From NCBI RefSeq assembly GCF_032191835.1, contig NC_083229.1, forward strand, positions 76,632,001-76,696,000: a stretch of DNA of 64,000 bases. Direction: 5' to 3'. Position 1 is the stretch's first letter. Each line of letters begins with the position of its first letter. The notes below the pieces were generated by a model that saw nothing but the letters and a program-made list of their open reading frames with translations, did not search any database and was not told where the DNA came from. Position numbers and translations under genes: made by a program. This DNA comes from Heteronotia binoei. Its lineage: Eukaryota. Shown here piece by piece: positions 20,450 through 32,269 of the stretch.

Positions 20450-22350
20450 AGATCCCCTGGTTCCCAAGGCCATGATCCCAAGAACCTGCAGTCAAGACCT
20501 TACTATCAAGACATTGAGTAGATTTTTCCAGGCCCAGTGAAAGCCATCCCTTGGACAGGTCCAAAACCACTAGCCCTGTAGGCTATGCAGGAACAATGGA
20601 AACAGTGGGCCCTTATGGAGCAACCAAGCAGAGATGCAGTACCAAGCATCCCACATTCCAGTTTTTAATTCAGACCATCATTGCAGCAGATTTTGCAGGA
20701 TTCTAGGTCCAGAAGTACTCTTCAAATAGGTGGGGCTGTTTGCTTCTCAGACTAGTTAAGCATTGAACTGGAAATTGAATCTCATGGGATCAACCAATTT
20801 GCAAAGCTCCAAGTCTTGTGCTCCAGCTCTTGGGCTGCAGATAACAAAGGAAAACCCTTCCTGCCATGGTACTTGGAGTAAGAACACAATAAAAAATGAC
20901 CTTTTGAGAATAGAGAAGATAGTTTATGGAAGTTTAGTGAATCTACAACATCCACAGTGACCACATAACACTTGTGGGGATGAACTTCCAAAATGTATTA
21001 GTTTTCCTTCGAGAATTCACTATCATTGCTATTGTCTACTACTATGATGACCAAGACTGAAGGCCATATACCTGCCCAAAACAAGGAGGAAATGCCACTG
21101 CCCTTTTTATCTTTAGTAAGGAGTGCTTCAGATCCCATGTGACTATAGCCGTGTTGAAGTTTGACAGAGTTGCTGAGGCCTGAATGGCCAGTGAAATAGC
21201 CTCATGTGCCTTCTTTAATGCTGCCTAGTTTTTTCCTGTCTATGGCATTTTCAGGGTGTTCTCACCATCCTTTAGGAGCACAGCTCCTGAGTGCACCACC
21301 ACTTAGGGGCTTCAAGTCCTCCATCACTTCCTCTGCCAGTGCATACAGCTTCTTAGCTAGTGACAATAAAGAGTTTCCATTGCTTGACTGTGCCCATTCT
21401 GCTTTCATGATGTCATCAAAGTATTCTGGGAAGGGGGAAACTGACAGGACATTTACAGGCTTTTTAAATTCCCCAGTGTCCAGTTTTGCTGTTACTGCAG
21501 ACCTAGGTTTCTCTGCCACCTCAGTCTGGTAATTCAAAGTAGTGATCACTTTGTTCAACAACCTCTGGAAATGTTCAACATGAAAGATCCTGGATGAAGA
21601 TTCCTGCATCCTCATCTTCCCTCTTGACAATATTTTTCACAGAAGCTACTACAGAATCTCCCTTGGTATATTCAGATCCAGGGGAGAGGCCTTCCCAGCC
21701 CTCCCTGGTTATGGGAGCTGCCATGTTCCTCCCTTCTTCCCAGTTCAATGTTGCTGGTGCCATGAGCCTCATCCTCTCCTGAGGCTTCCAAGGCCAACTG
21801 AACAGTCTCATCTTTGCATGCTTGGGGTGGGGGGATTCTGGAATGAGTGAGGGATGCCTCCCCCTTCCTGTTTTATCACCTGACTGTCTCTCTAGCCCTA
21901 TGAGACCCCTACTGAGGCATTTGATCCAACCCTTCCAACTGCTGAAGGGGGGCTCCACACCATTGCAACTGCCTAAGCTCCTGTCATCACCAGACACCAC
22001 CAGTTCAGGCTATGTAGTGCTGGAGGGAAAGGGCCCTGTGCCATGCCAGATACTATGTTAGGTCCAAGCTGGAGACCCTGAAAACCTGTTGGAAGGACCT
22101 GTCTGTTCCCAGGGATGACCAAATCCAATTGCCCCTGAACTCCATCTGCCATGCCTGGTGGTGGGGCAAACATGTTTCCTGGGACCTGCTCTGGCAAAGG
22201 TTTTATCTCACCAGGAGGGCACACCAGCCTGAGGTTGCTCTATGGTGTTTCACTGGCTTCTCTCTGCCAGCTCCTGTCTTGTTGGTCCCTTTCCTCTTGC
22301 TACACTGGGCAGGGGAGCTTTTGCTCAGAAAAGTGCCCCATTTTACTGCT
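20450..22350 (-). pseudogene. Decayed DIRS1-type retrotransposon gag (LAP2alpha-like domain)
   Basis: Minus-strand translation RIFHVEHFQRLLNKVITTL...PFPEYFDDIMKAEWAQ...AKKLYAL (21262-21630), then DRK.*AALKKAHEAISLAIQAS, fits the LAP2alpha/DIRS1 gag pattern; stops and frameshifts. Outer boundaries are approximate. Confidence 0.65.
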
Positions 22351-23698
22351 TTTGGGTAGAAAGAGGCTCGGTAGTGGCACCTTCCCATTGCGCTAGCTGG
22401 AGCTGAAGATTTCCAGGGGGGTGCTGAGTATTTTCTTTTTCTGAAAAGGGGGATTAGGCCAAAAAAGTTTGGGAACCTCTGTGTTAGACTGAGGAATGAA
22501 TGTTGCAAGGCAGCAGGGTAAAATAGGAAGGAGACAATCATTTTATGCTCATCAAGCAATGGTAGGAAAAACTGGGGTTTTGATTGGTACAAATTAGTCT
22601 CTTGTGAGCCTTTTAAGTCTACAGCAAAGACTCTGCCTGCTATTAAAGCAAATATTTGGTTTTTGAAAGAAAATGTTTTTAAAATGCTGCACACATGTAG
22701 ATACAGTATGAACTTGTTTATTTAATATGTGACTATACTGAAAATAGCCCATATTCAATACAAACTCTTGTTTTGACTCCTGATAAGCAGTTTTAAATAT
22801 TTCTAATTTGTTTATACTTGACTTGTTGCTGGACAGACATAATATTATCTTACCAAGCTCAAAGCAATCTCCACACCTCTGTGTTATTAATGAGCCAAAT
22901 AATGTTAATATAATGGAGGGGGGAGAGAGAGATACACCGCTTTGCTGTTGTTGCTATTACCAAGAAATTTTAACAATTAATGCTCTAATGTTTTGCTTTT
23001 CCCTCCAGTACTACTAATAAATCTAAGCATAGTCAACATCAGACTATTTTTACCCCTCATATATTACAAATCTTAAGGTAGGTGGCTAATTCTAACTAAA
23101 AGGCAGCCAGGCTGTGCTTTTAGTGAATTCAGAGCAAACACTGGTTTGCCTAGAGGATAGTACTGTTTAAGCTCTTGCTATTTACACTCTCTCACACACA
23201 CATATACACAAGGAAACCACATGGTCACAGCAGGAGCCAAATAAAGCTGTTGACATCAACATAAGGGGCAGACAAGTCTTAATTATGTGCATGCTGCTAC
23301 TCTGATTGAATTGTGGCAATGGGAAGACTTAAAATGTATTCTAAAATTGAGAAAGCAAAGGTGGGCTCTTCTGCCCAGAAGTTGCTGTCACGGTGACCTC
23401 CAGAACAGGGTTTCCCAAACTTTTCTTTCCCATGGTCTGGTTATTTTTACACTTCTCCTTCGTGGCCCACTAAAATTTGGGGATGGAGCCAGGAGACTTT
23501 GGGGGTGGAGCTGGGAGACAGGAATTATGTCATTTTCTGTGTTGTCAAGGGCCAAGTGATGTCACTTCTGGGGCACACTGAACCAAAACTCCACCTTTCC
23601 TGTGATATCACTTCCAGAATGTCCACCAGTGAGGCCAGGGCACTAGAAGCCCTCCCACTGTTGCTTCCCTCGCTCCTCCCAGCACTAAGAATACAGAC

Positions 23699-23827
23699 NN
23701 NNNNNNNNNNNNNNNNNNNNNNNNNNNNNNNNNNNNNNNNNNNNNNNNNNNNNNNNNNNNNNNNNNNNNNNNNNNNNNNNNNNNNNNNNNNNNNNNNNNN
23801 NNNNNNNNNNNNNNNNNNNNNNNNNNN
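23699..23827. other. Assembly gap (129 N)
   Basis: Run of N. Confidence 1.
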
Positions 23828-23899
23828 AAAAAGCCTCGCTCACCATCAGATGACCTCAGTCAGCAACAATTCTGCCCAGGGGTCATTTGGTAAAAAAAA

Positions 23900-24220
23900 A
23901 AATAGCTACTGGAATGCCCACTCCCCACCCCTCCCAGCTGAAAAAAAAACACACACATCCTTCTTTGCCGTCCAGGCCTCCTGGGGAAATCTCCCCAAAA
24001 GAACATACTGCAAGGCACAGGAAAGCTCATACCATGAAGAACACTTCATGGGTCTTGTAGGCCAGCCCCTCACCACCCAGTCGAGGACCCGCGTGAGTAC
24101 TCTGTCTCGCCCCTTGGCTTTCGCTACCTCAGTTGCGGTAGGGGAAGTCCCGTCGCTCGTGTTGGTCTCCACAGCTGGCACACTTGGTGGCAGCTGGTCA
24201 GGTCTAAAGTGCCAGTGGAC
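23900..24220 (-). pseudogene. Gypsy pol fragment (RNase H-integrase linker)
   Basis: ATEVAKAKGRDRVLTRVLDWVVRGWP matches AAEVAKATQKHKTLARVLDWVVRGWP in the intact Gypsy. Confidence 0.75.
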
Positions 24221-24276
24221 ACCAGCTTTTCTCTCAAACACTGGGAGGGGGGAGAAGGAAGGAGAGACAGCCCAGC

Positions 24277-24492
24277 TCCTCTCTGCACAACACAGAGACA
24301 GGGGAAGGAAGGAAGCCAAATGGAGCGCAGACTTTGCAGCCTGTGTCAGTCTTCAAGGCTAGCTTTTATCTGCACAACAGAGAGATGCGGGAAGGAAGGA
24401 AGCCAAATGGAGTGCAGGCTTTGCAGCCTGTGTCAGTCTTCAAGGCTAGCTTTTCTCTGCACAACAGAGAGATGGGGAAAGGAAGGAAGCAG
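24277..24492. repeat. Tandem repeat, 87-bp unit, about 2.4 copies
   Basis: GCACAAC recurs at 24285, 24372 and 24459 with near-identical sequence between. Confidence 0.85.
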
Positions 24493-24649
24493 AGCAGAGG
24501 TCATGCTTTTCGGGGAGCGGGGCTAGCTTTGCTGGGGGTGGGGCTAACTTTGGCTTTTCTTGTGAAAAGTTAGGAAAGCTAAAGCTCAGTATGAGCTTAG
24601 GCTGGCCAAAGATGCTAAAAACAACAAAAAACAGTTCTTTTCTTATATT

Positions 24650-25507
24650 AGAATCATAAAGTTGGAAGGGACCTCCAGGATCGTCTAGTCCAAACCCCTG
24701 CACAATGCAGGAAACTCAAAAATACCTCCCCCAAAATTCACAGGATCTTCATTGCTGTCAGGTGGCTAACTAGCCTCTGTTTTGTACAATCTGAACAAAA
24801 TACACTGTGTAAATTGCCGGACAAGTACTTAAATTTTGCTTTATATTAGAACAACACTATGCTTGGCATGTTTAGTAATGTGATGGCTCATGGATAGACT
24901 CTATGTTTGTTAGTGTTATAGTTGATGTTTGTTAAATGTTATATATGTTATTATTCTAATAAAAATTTAAAATTGAAAAAAAAAAACATCCAAGGAAGAG
25001 GAGCCCACCACCTCCCGAGGAACCCTGTTCCATTGAGGAATCGCTCTAACTGTCAGAAAGTTCTTCCTAATGTTGAACCGGAAACTCTTCTGATTTAATT
25101 TCAACCCATTGGTTCTGGTCCTACCTTCTGGGGCCACAGAAAACAATTCCACACCATCCTATATATGACAGCCCTTCAAGGACTTGAAGATGGTGATCAT
25201 ATCACCTCTCAGCCTCCTCTTCTCCAGGCAAAACATCCCCAGCTCCTTCAACCTTTGCTCATAGGATTTGGTCTCCAGACCCCTCACCATCTTCATCACC
25301 CTCCTCTGGACCCGTTTTAGCTTGTCTATATCCTTCTTAAAATGTGGTGAGGTCTTACCAGAGCAGAATAAAGCAATACGATCACATCACGTGATCTGGA
25401 CACTACACTTCTGTTGATACAGCCCAAAATTGCATTTGCCTTTTTAGCCACCACATCACACTGTTGACTCATGTTCAGCGTATGATCCACTAAGACCCCT
25501 AGATCCT
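24650..25507 (-). mobile_element. CR1 3' fragment interrupted by a poly(A)-tailed insert (about 24791-24985)
   Basis: TAGAATCAT tail; ELFSVAPEGRTRTNGLKL ORF2 end; same family as 29050-30206. Confidence 0.9.
24791..24985 (+). mobile_element. Short poly(A)-tailed insertion, probably an L1 3' UTR end
   Basis: GT-rich, AATAAA then an A run; inserted at a TT/AAAA-like site in the CR1; no clear TSD. Confidence 0.45.
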
Positions 25508-28500
25508 ATGCAAATGATACCAAGACCACGGTGGCTCCTCTGTTGCACAAGGGACAAGCTGGGGTGTTGCCGCCGATCGGGCCGGCATGGAGACGAGACG
25601 CGGCCGCGGGCTAGAGTGCGCGGAACGGCCGGAGAGAGCGGGGGACCGCTGGCTGGAGTGCGCGGAGTGGCTGTGGAGAGCGGGAAGCGCCGTGCATGGC
25701 GACGGAAACGAGGACAAGGCACAGCTCCTGGCACACTTCAGACAGAGCTACAGACGGAGCCGACGAAGGTGGCGGGGACGATGTGACTGCGGCCATCCTG
25801 ACGGTGGCAGGTAGTGGGGCTAAGAGGGAAAGCCCGTCTCCGTCATTGGTGTTATGTAATGCCAGGTCCATAAATAATAAGACCTCGATCCTCAGGGAAT
25901 TCCTGCTTGAACAGGATATGGACCTGGCTTGCGTGACCGAGACCTGGGTGCGTGATGGAGAGATGGTGGCTCTCTTCCAGATGGTGCCCCCGGGCTACTC
26001 GGTCTTTCACCAATTATGGACAAACGGGCGGGGGGGGTGGCGCTATTCATATGGGAGGGTTACGCCTTCAGGGCTCTCCCAGCCCCAAGGATCGATGGTC
26101 TGGAATGCGCCGGTCTGGCATGGGATGTGGGGGAGGGGTTGGCGATCTGGCTGGTGTACCGTCCACCTAACGCACCGGCCAGTGCCTTACCGGCCCTGAT
26201 GGGGGCCATGGCAGGGTGGGCATTGGAGTTCCCAAGGCTTATGGTCTTGGGTGACTTCAATGTCCATGCAGATGACATGGCCTCAAATCAGGCACTGGAC
26301 CTAGTGTCTTCCATGGCAACACTGGAACTCTCCCAATTTGTTACCACTCCCACGCATCAGGCCGGCCATACGTTAGACCTGACCTTTGCGTCCGGGATTC
26401 TGGTGGACGATATCGCTGTAGAAGCGGTACCATGGTCGGATCACCTGGCCCTCAAGGCTCATGTGGGTGCGCCGCCCCGACCCTGTATGGGCGGCGAGCC
26501 TATTTTGGCTCGCCCGCGGAGCCTGATGGACCCGGAGCGGTTCCAAATGGCTCTGTGGGATCGCTGGCCCCCTAGCGATTCCCTTGATGACCTGGTAGAG
26601 GCCTGGCATGACAGGCTATCCAGGGCCATCAACGAAATCGCTCCCCGGCGTCCTCTGCACCCCCATAATAGGCTGGCTCCGTGGTACACCTCGGAGTTAC
26701 ACCAGCTGAAACAGGGACTCAGACGACTAGAGAGGCGGTGGCGGCATACTCGTGATGAAGCGACGAGAACATCCTACAGAACGTTTATGAAGTCTTATGA
26801 GATGGCAGTCAAATTGCCATCTAGGATTGCGTCTGCAAATTCGCGCCCGGCACAATTATTTAAGATAGTTGAGAATTTGACCACTCTGCCTCAAGGCAGA
26901 CCAAATATGAGGGAATTGGAAATAGGCTGTGAGGCTTTTGTGAAATTTTTTGCAGATAAAATCTCATCGCTCCGCCAGGATCTTCCCGCCACATTAGATG
27001 CAGTACAAGAACCCGAGGCTCCGTGCCTGTCCTCTGATCTTACCTTGGACCACTTTGACACACTTAGCCTAGGGGAAGTCGACGGAATTCTCTCTACTGT
27101 GCGCCCTACAACTTGCGATCTTGACCCGTGTCCCTCCTGGCTAATTAAATCTTGCCAGAGGGAACTTAGATATCCTGTACGGGATATCATAAATAGATCC
27201 CTCTTGGAAGGGCAATTTCCAACATCATTGAAAGAGTCTATGGTCCGCCCCCTCCTAAAAAAAGTACAGCAGACCCGGCCGAATTGGCGAATTACCGACC
27301 AGTCTCGAACTTACCATTTTTAGGTAAAGTTATTGAGAGGGCAGTGGCGCTACAGCTACAAAGTTTTTTGGATGACACTTCCGCCTTAGACCCCTGCCAG
27401 TCCGGCTTTCGTCCAGGCCATGGGACGGAGACAGTGCTGGTCGCCTTGGTGGATGACCTCCAGCGGCATCTGGATCGAGGCGGCGTGGCGGTGCTGATGC
27501 TGCTAGACCTGTCGGCTGCGTTCAACACGGTCGACCGTCGGTTACTGGCCCGCCAGCTCGCCGACGCAGGGATTAGGGGGTCGGCCTTACAGTGGCTCTC
27601 CTCCTTCCTTGATGGTCGGGGACAAAGGGTGGCAATTGGGGGAGAGCTGTCCCGGAGGCACCCACTAGTGTGTGGAGTGCCACAAGGGGCAGTTCTCTCT
27701 CCGATGTTGTTTAACATCAACATGCGCCCCCTTGCTCAGATCGCTCGGAGGTTTGGGCTTGGGTGCCATCAATATGCAGATGACACCCAGCTCTATCTAT
27801 TAATGGATGGCCGACCTGACTGTGTCCCAGAAAACCTGGACCTTGCATTGCAGGCCGTGGCTGGTTGGCTCAGGCTGAGTGGGCTGAAGCTGAATCCAGC
27901 GAAGACGGAGGTCCTTTGCTTGGGTCACGGTGCCCCGGGAAGGGAAATCCCCTTGCCAGCTCTTGACGGTGTGCCGCTGAAAGCGGCCCACAGGGTCAGG
28001 AGCTTGAAGGTTCTTCTGGAGCCTTCATTATCAATGGAGGCACAGATAGCGGCCACTGCCAAGTCCGTGTTTTTTCATCTCCGTCGGGCAAAGCAGTTGG
28101 CCCCCTTCCTGGCAATGGTGATTCATGCTACGGTCACCTCGAGACTGGATTACTGCAATGCCCTCTACATGGGGCTGCCCTTGTGCCGAACTCGGCGGTT
28201 GCAGCTGGTGCAGAACGCGGCGGCTAGGTTGCTATTGGGGCTCCCAAGATGGGAGCACATGCAGCCAGGGCTGCGCGGACTGCACTGGCTGCCAGTGGTG
28301 TACCGAGTCCGTTACAAGGTGCTGGTCATGACCTTTAAAGCCCTATATGGCCGAGGGCCCACCTACCTGAGGGACCGTCTCTCCCCATATGAGCCCCAGT
28401 GAGCGCTGAGGTCAGCTGGAAAGCACCAGCTAAATATCCCTGGGCCACGGGAGGGCAGATTAAAGACCACCCGGGATCGGGCCTTCTCCATTGCGGCCCC

Positions 28501-28840
28501 ACTGCTGTGGAATCAACTCCCGGAGGAGGTACGGGCCCTGCGATGTTTAGACGAATTCTGCAGGGCCTGTAAGACCTACCTCTTCAAAATAGCCTTCACC
28601 CATACCGAGTCAAGATAGTGTCGCTGTCTATGTTTTTTCCTACTGAACTTTTCCTACTAACTTATGAAAGATCTATTTTAGCACCTTAATGTTAATTTTA
28701 ATGTAACCTGTAAATTGATTTATGATGATTTTATTGCTATGTATGATTTTATTGTATTGCACTTATATGTTGTGAGCAGCCCTGAGCCTGCTTGTGTGGG
28801 GAGGGCGGGATATAAATAAAAGGTATTATTATTATTATTA
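25508..28840 (+). mobile_element. L2 LINE, long copy with frameshifted APE-RT ORF
   Basis: LVLCNARSINNK, CVTETW, GDFNVH, GHTLDL, SDH; NYRPVSNLPFLGKVIE, DLSAAF, VPQGAVLSP, YADDTQLY, SRLDYCN; 3' GCCCTGAGCC...GGGCGGGATATAAAT followed by (ATT)n. Confidence 0.93.
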
Positions 28841-28963
28841 TGGGCTAAAATCAATAAAATGAATTTTAACAGGGAGAAATGTAAAGTTCAGCATTTAGGT
28901 AGGAAAAATCCAATGCATGGTTATAGGATGGGGGAAACATATCTTAGCAGTAGCATGTGTGAA

Positions 28964-28965
<2 letters not shown>
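28841..28965 (+). mobile_element. 125-bp CR1 fragment, the inverted continuation of 24650-25507
   Basis: Ends ...ATGTGTGAAAA, which in the copy at 29383-29520 is followed by AGGATCTAGGGGTC, the point where the minus-strand copy stops (25507). Confidence 0.8.

Positions 28966-29049
<84 letters not shown>
28964..29049. repeat. (AAT)n microsatellite, about 28 units
   Basis: Read directly. Confidence 0.98.
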
Positions 29050-29052
<3 letters not shown>

Positions 29053-30206
29053 TGTGGTTTGGATCCTGTTACCGTTAGGTGGATCTGTAACTGGTTGACA
29101 GAATGCACCCAAAGAGTGCTTGTGAATGGTTCCTCATCCTCTTGGAGAGGAGTGACAAGTGGAGTGCCTCAAGGACCTGCCCCGGACCTTTTTTGTTCAA
29201 CATCTTTATAAATGATTTGGATGAAGGAATAGATTTGCAGATGATACTAAATTGGGAGGGGTTGCAAACTATTAAACTATGCAAACTATTAAATTTGCAG
29301 GTTATACTAAAGTTGGGAGGGGTTGCAAGCACAGAAGAAGATAGAAACAGGATACAGGATTACCTTGACAGGCTGGGAAACTGGGCTAAAACCAATAAAA
29401 TGAATTTTAACAGGGAGAAATGTAAAGTTCTGCATTTAGGTAGGAAAAATCCAATGCATGGTTATAGAATCGGGGAGACTTGTCTTAGCAGTAGTATGTG
29501 CAAAAAGGATCTAGGGGTCTTAGTGGATCATATGCTGAACATGAGTCAACAGTGTGATGTGGTGGCTAAAAAGGCAAATGCAATTTTGGGCTGTATCAAC
29601 AGAAGTATAGTGTCCAGATCGCGTGATGTGATGGTATTGCTTTACTCTGCTCAGGTAAGTTCTCATCTGGAGTATTGTGTTCAGTTTTGGGCACCACAGT
29701 TTAATAATGATATAGACAAGCTGGAACGGGTCCCAAGGAGGGCAACGAAGATGGTTAGGGGTCTGGAGACCAAGTCCTATGAAGAAAGGTTGAAGGAGCT
29801 GGGGATGTTTAGCCTGGAGAGGAGGCAGCTGAGAGGTGATATTATCACCATCTTCAAGTACTTGAAAGGCTGTCATATAGAGGATGGTGTGGAATTGTTT
29901 TCTGTGGCCCCAGAAGGTAGGACCAGAACCAATGGGTTGAAATTAAATCAAAATAGTTTCTGGCTCAACATTAGGAAGAACTTCCTGACCATTAGACCGA
30001 TTCCTCACTGAAACAGGTTTTCTCAGGAGGTGGTGAGAAACCTTGGAGGTTTTTAAACAGAGGCTTGATGGCCATCTGACAGCAATGAAGATCCTGTGAA
30101 TTTAGGGGGAGCTGTTTGTGAATTTCCTGCATTGTGTAGGGGGTTGGACTAGATGATCCTAGAGGTCCCTTCCAACTCTATGATTCTATAATTCTATGAT
30201 TCTATG
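29050..30206 (+). mobile_element. 5'-truncated CR1 LINE (ORF2 RT C-terminal half)
   Basis: LFNIFINDLD, a locally duplicated FADD region (about 29236-29328), KCKVLHLGRKN, LEYCVQFWAP, ELGMFSL; (ATTCTATG)n tail. Confidence 0.93.
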
Positions 30207-31281
30207 ATGTAGAGGAAGAGGCTGGAAAAAGCCTGGATGGGGGTTACTGTTCCCAGTTCCACTGATGAAGGTGGGGTATCCACTGTTCTGAGTCCCTACC
30301 TCCCTGCGACTAATCAGCTGGCCAGAAGGAAAGAACTCATCCAGAAAAGAGAGATCCAGCATCATTACCCAGATGACCTGCAGCATTTCAGCAGCCAAAC
30401 AGGGCTGGCTCGTCCACTAAGCAAATTAGGCATTTGCCTAGAGCACCAGGTGGGCGTGTGCCGAATTGGGCTCTCTCTCCCCTCTCCCGGCACCCAGGAC
30501 AAATGCCTAATTGCTGTGAGGCAGTTAGGTAGCAGCGGGCAAGCCACCGCCCACCTGGCACTCTCAGACACCAGCCTCATGAATAATGCTGTCTCTTAAT
30601 AGAGAGCAGAACAAGGCTTTGCTCATTCTACTTGCCATTGAGAGTGCTATTCTGATGCCCGCCAAAGCGGAGGTAAGCATGAGGCTGGCATCTGAGCGCT
30701 TGGGGGGTGTCATGAGCCCTGATGAGGAGGAGCTGAAAGGGTTAACAGACCTGGAAGAGTTGCCAGGCAGTTCCTCAGCTGAACAAATAGCAACTGGCCC
30801 ATCAATTACTCTCCAGGCACCAGTGTCAGCTGCTGAAGATCAATCTCCTCCAAACTCTCCTCCTCCCATCTCAAGAGTTTGAAGCAGGCTCCAGAAAGAA
30901 CTTTCAGAGCGAAGACAAGAAGCATGCCAATGCTTCAGATCTCTCGGCCCTGAGTTCTAGCAGGGTCACTGCCACCCAGGGAGCAGGCTGATTGAGACTC
31001 CCATATAGCTCCCACCCAGGACCTGGTAACCTTGTGGAAGCAACAAGTCTATTCTCTGGCTTTCATCCACGCTCCTTCCTGATCCTGACCTGCTTGATTT
31101 CCTTGGCACCCTGACCTTTTGGCTTTTGGACATTGACTTCTGATTCCGGTTTGTGATTCTGCATTGGTGACTTGTCTCCTGTTTGACTTCCTTGACTTTG
31201 ACCTTGGACTGGCTTTGGACTCCTGCCTGCCTGCACCCTGAGAACTTGACAGATTGCTTTCACCTACACTCACTCCACAAG

Positions 31282-32140
31282 ATGGATGAAGAGGCAAGCG
31301 GAGGCTCTGGGCAGCTAGCAGCTTTGCTCACTCAGGTACAGCACCTCACTCAAATAGTAGCTCACCTGCAACAGCAGCAGCAAGCCACTGTCGCTGCCCC
31401 ACCCAAGTGACCGGTGCTTCCACCAGAGAAGTTCACTGGGAAGGTGGAGGAGTTTCCTGCATTCCTGGCACAGTGCAGACTGTATATTGAATTACGTGCC
31501 AGAGACTTCCCCAAGGACAAGAGCAAGGTATGCTTCATTGTCAGCCTCTTAAAGAGGCAGGAAGCTAAATGGACTACCCCCTTGCTTCTAACCCCATCTC
31601 CCCTGCTGACTGACTACCAGGGCTTTCTGGATCATATGGCGGTAGGCTTTGCTAATCCCCAGCAAGCAGCCACTGCCAATCGGAAGATCCGAACCATGAA
31701 GCAGGGTAGCGACTCGATTTCCCAGTACTCCACCGAGTTCAAGCTTCTGGCCCAAGACCTGGCCTGGCATGAGGCTGCCCTCATGGTCCAGTATCCGGAG
31801 GGACTGGCTGATGAAGTCCTTAATGAGCTTGCACGAGCAGACCAACCGGCCACACTGCAAAGCCTAATCATGCTGTGTTTCCACATCAATGGCCGCCTGG
31901 AAAGCCGCCGCCAAGTGCGAAGCAGCACCCATCCCTCTCAGTTGCCCCACCGCCTAGCGACGGTGACAACCCCAATGCACACCAGCCCTGAGACTGACGA
32001 CCCCAAGCCCATGCAACTTGGGGCTGCACGGCCGTGGCTCACCCCTAGGAAAAAGCCTGCACTGTGGAGGGATGGGGCAGTTCTCCTCTGGCTGCCCCGC
32101 CAAGCGCACCCAGCCCAGTACCGTGCCACTGCCGCCAGTA
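31282..32140 (+). pseudogene. Sushi/PEG10-like gag (premature TGA at 31408-31410; frameshifted Zn knuckle CLHCGGMGQFSSGC)
   Basis: Translations of ORFs 31183-31410 and 31414-32715. Confidence 0.85.
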
Positions 32141-32269
32141 AAAGACCAGCCCCAAGTCTGAGTGGACCCCCTGACTTGGGGCACCTAGCCATGTCCCCTG
32201 GACCCTTGTACTTACCAGGCTCAGTCGGCCATCCTGGCCGCCGCCGCTCGGCTGCTGGTCCTCTACTTT

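Noticed and set aside
28859-29112. Poly-Asn and poly-Leu ORFs
   Set aside because: Translations of the (AAT)n microsatellite.
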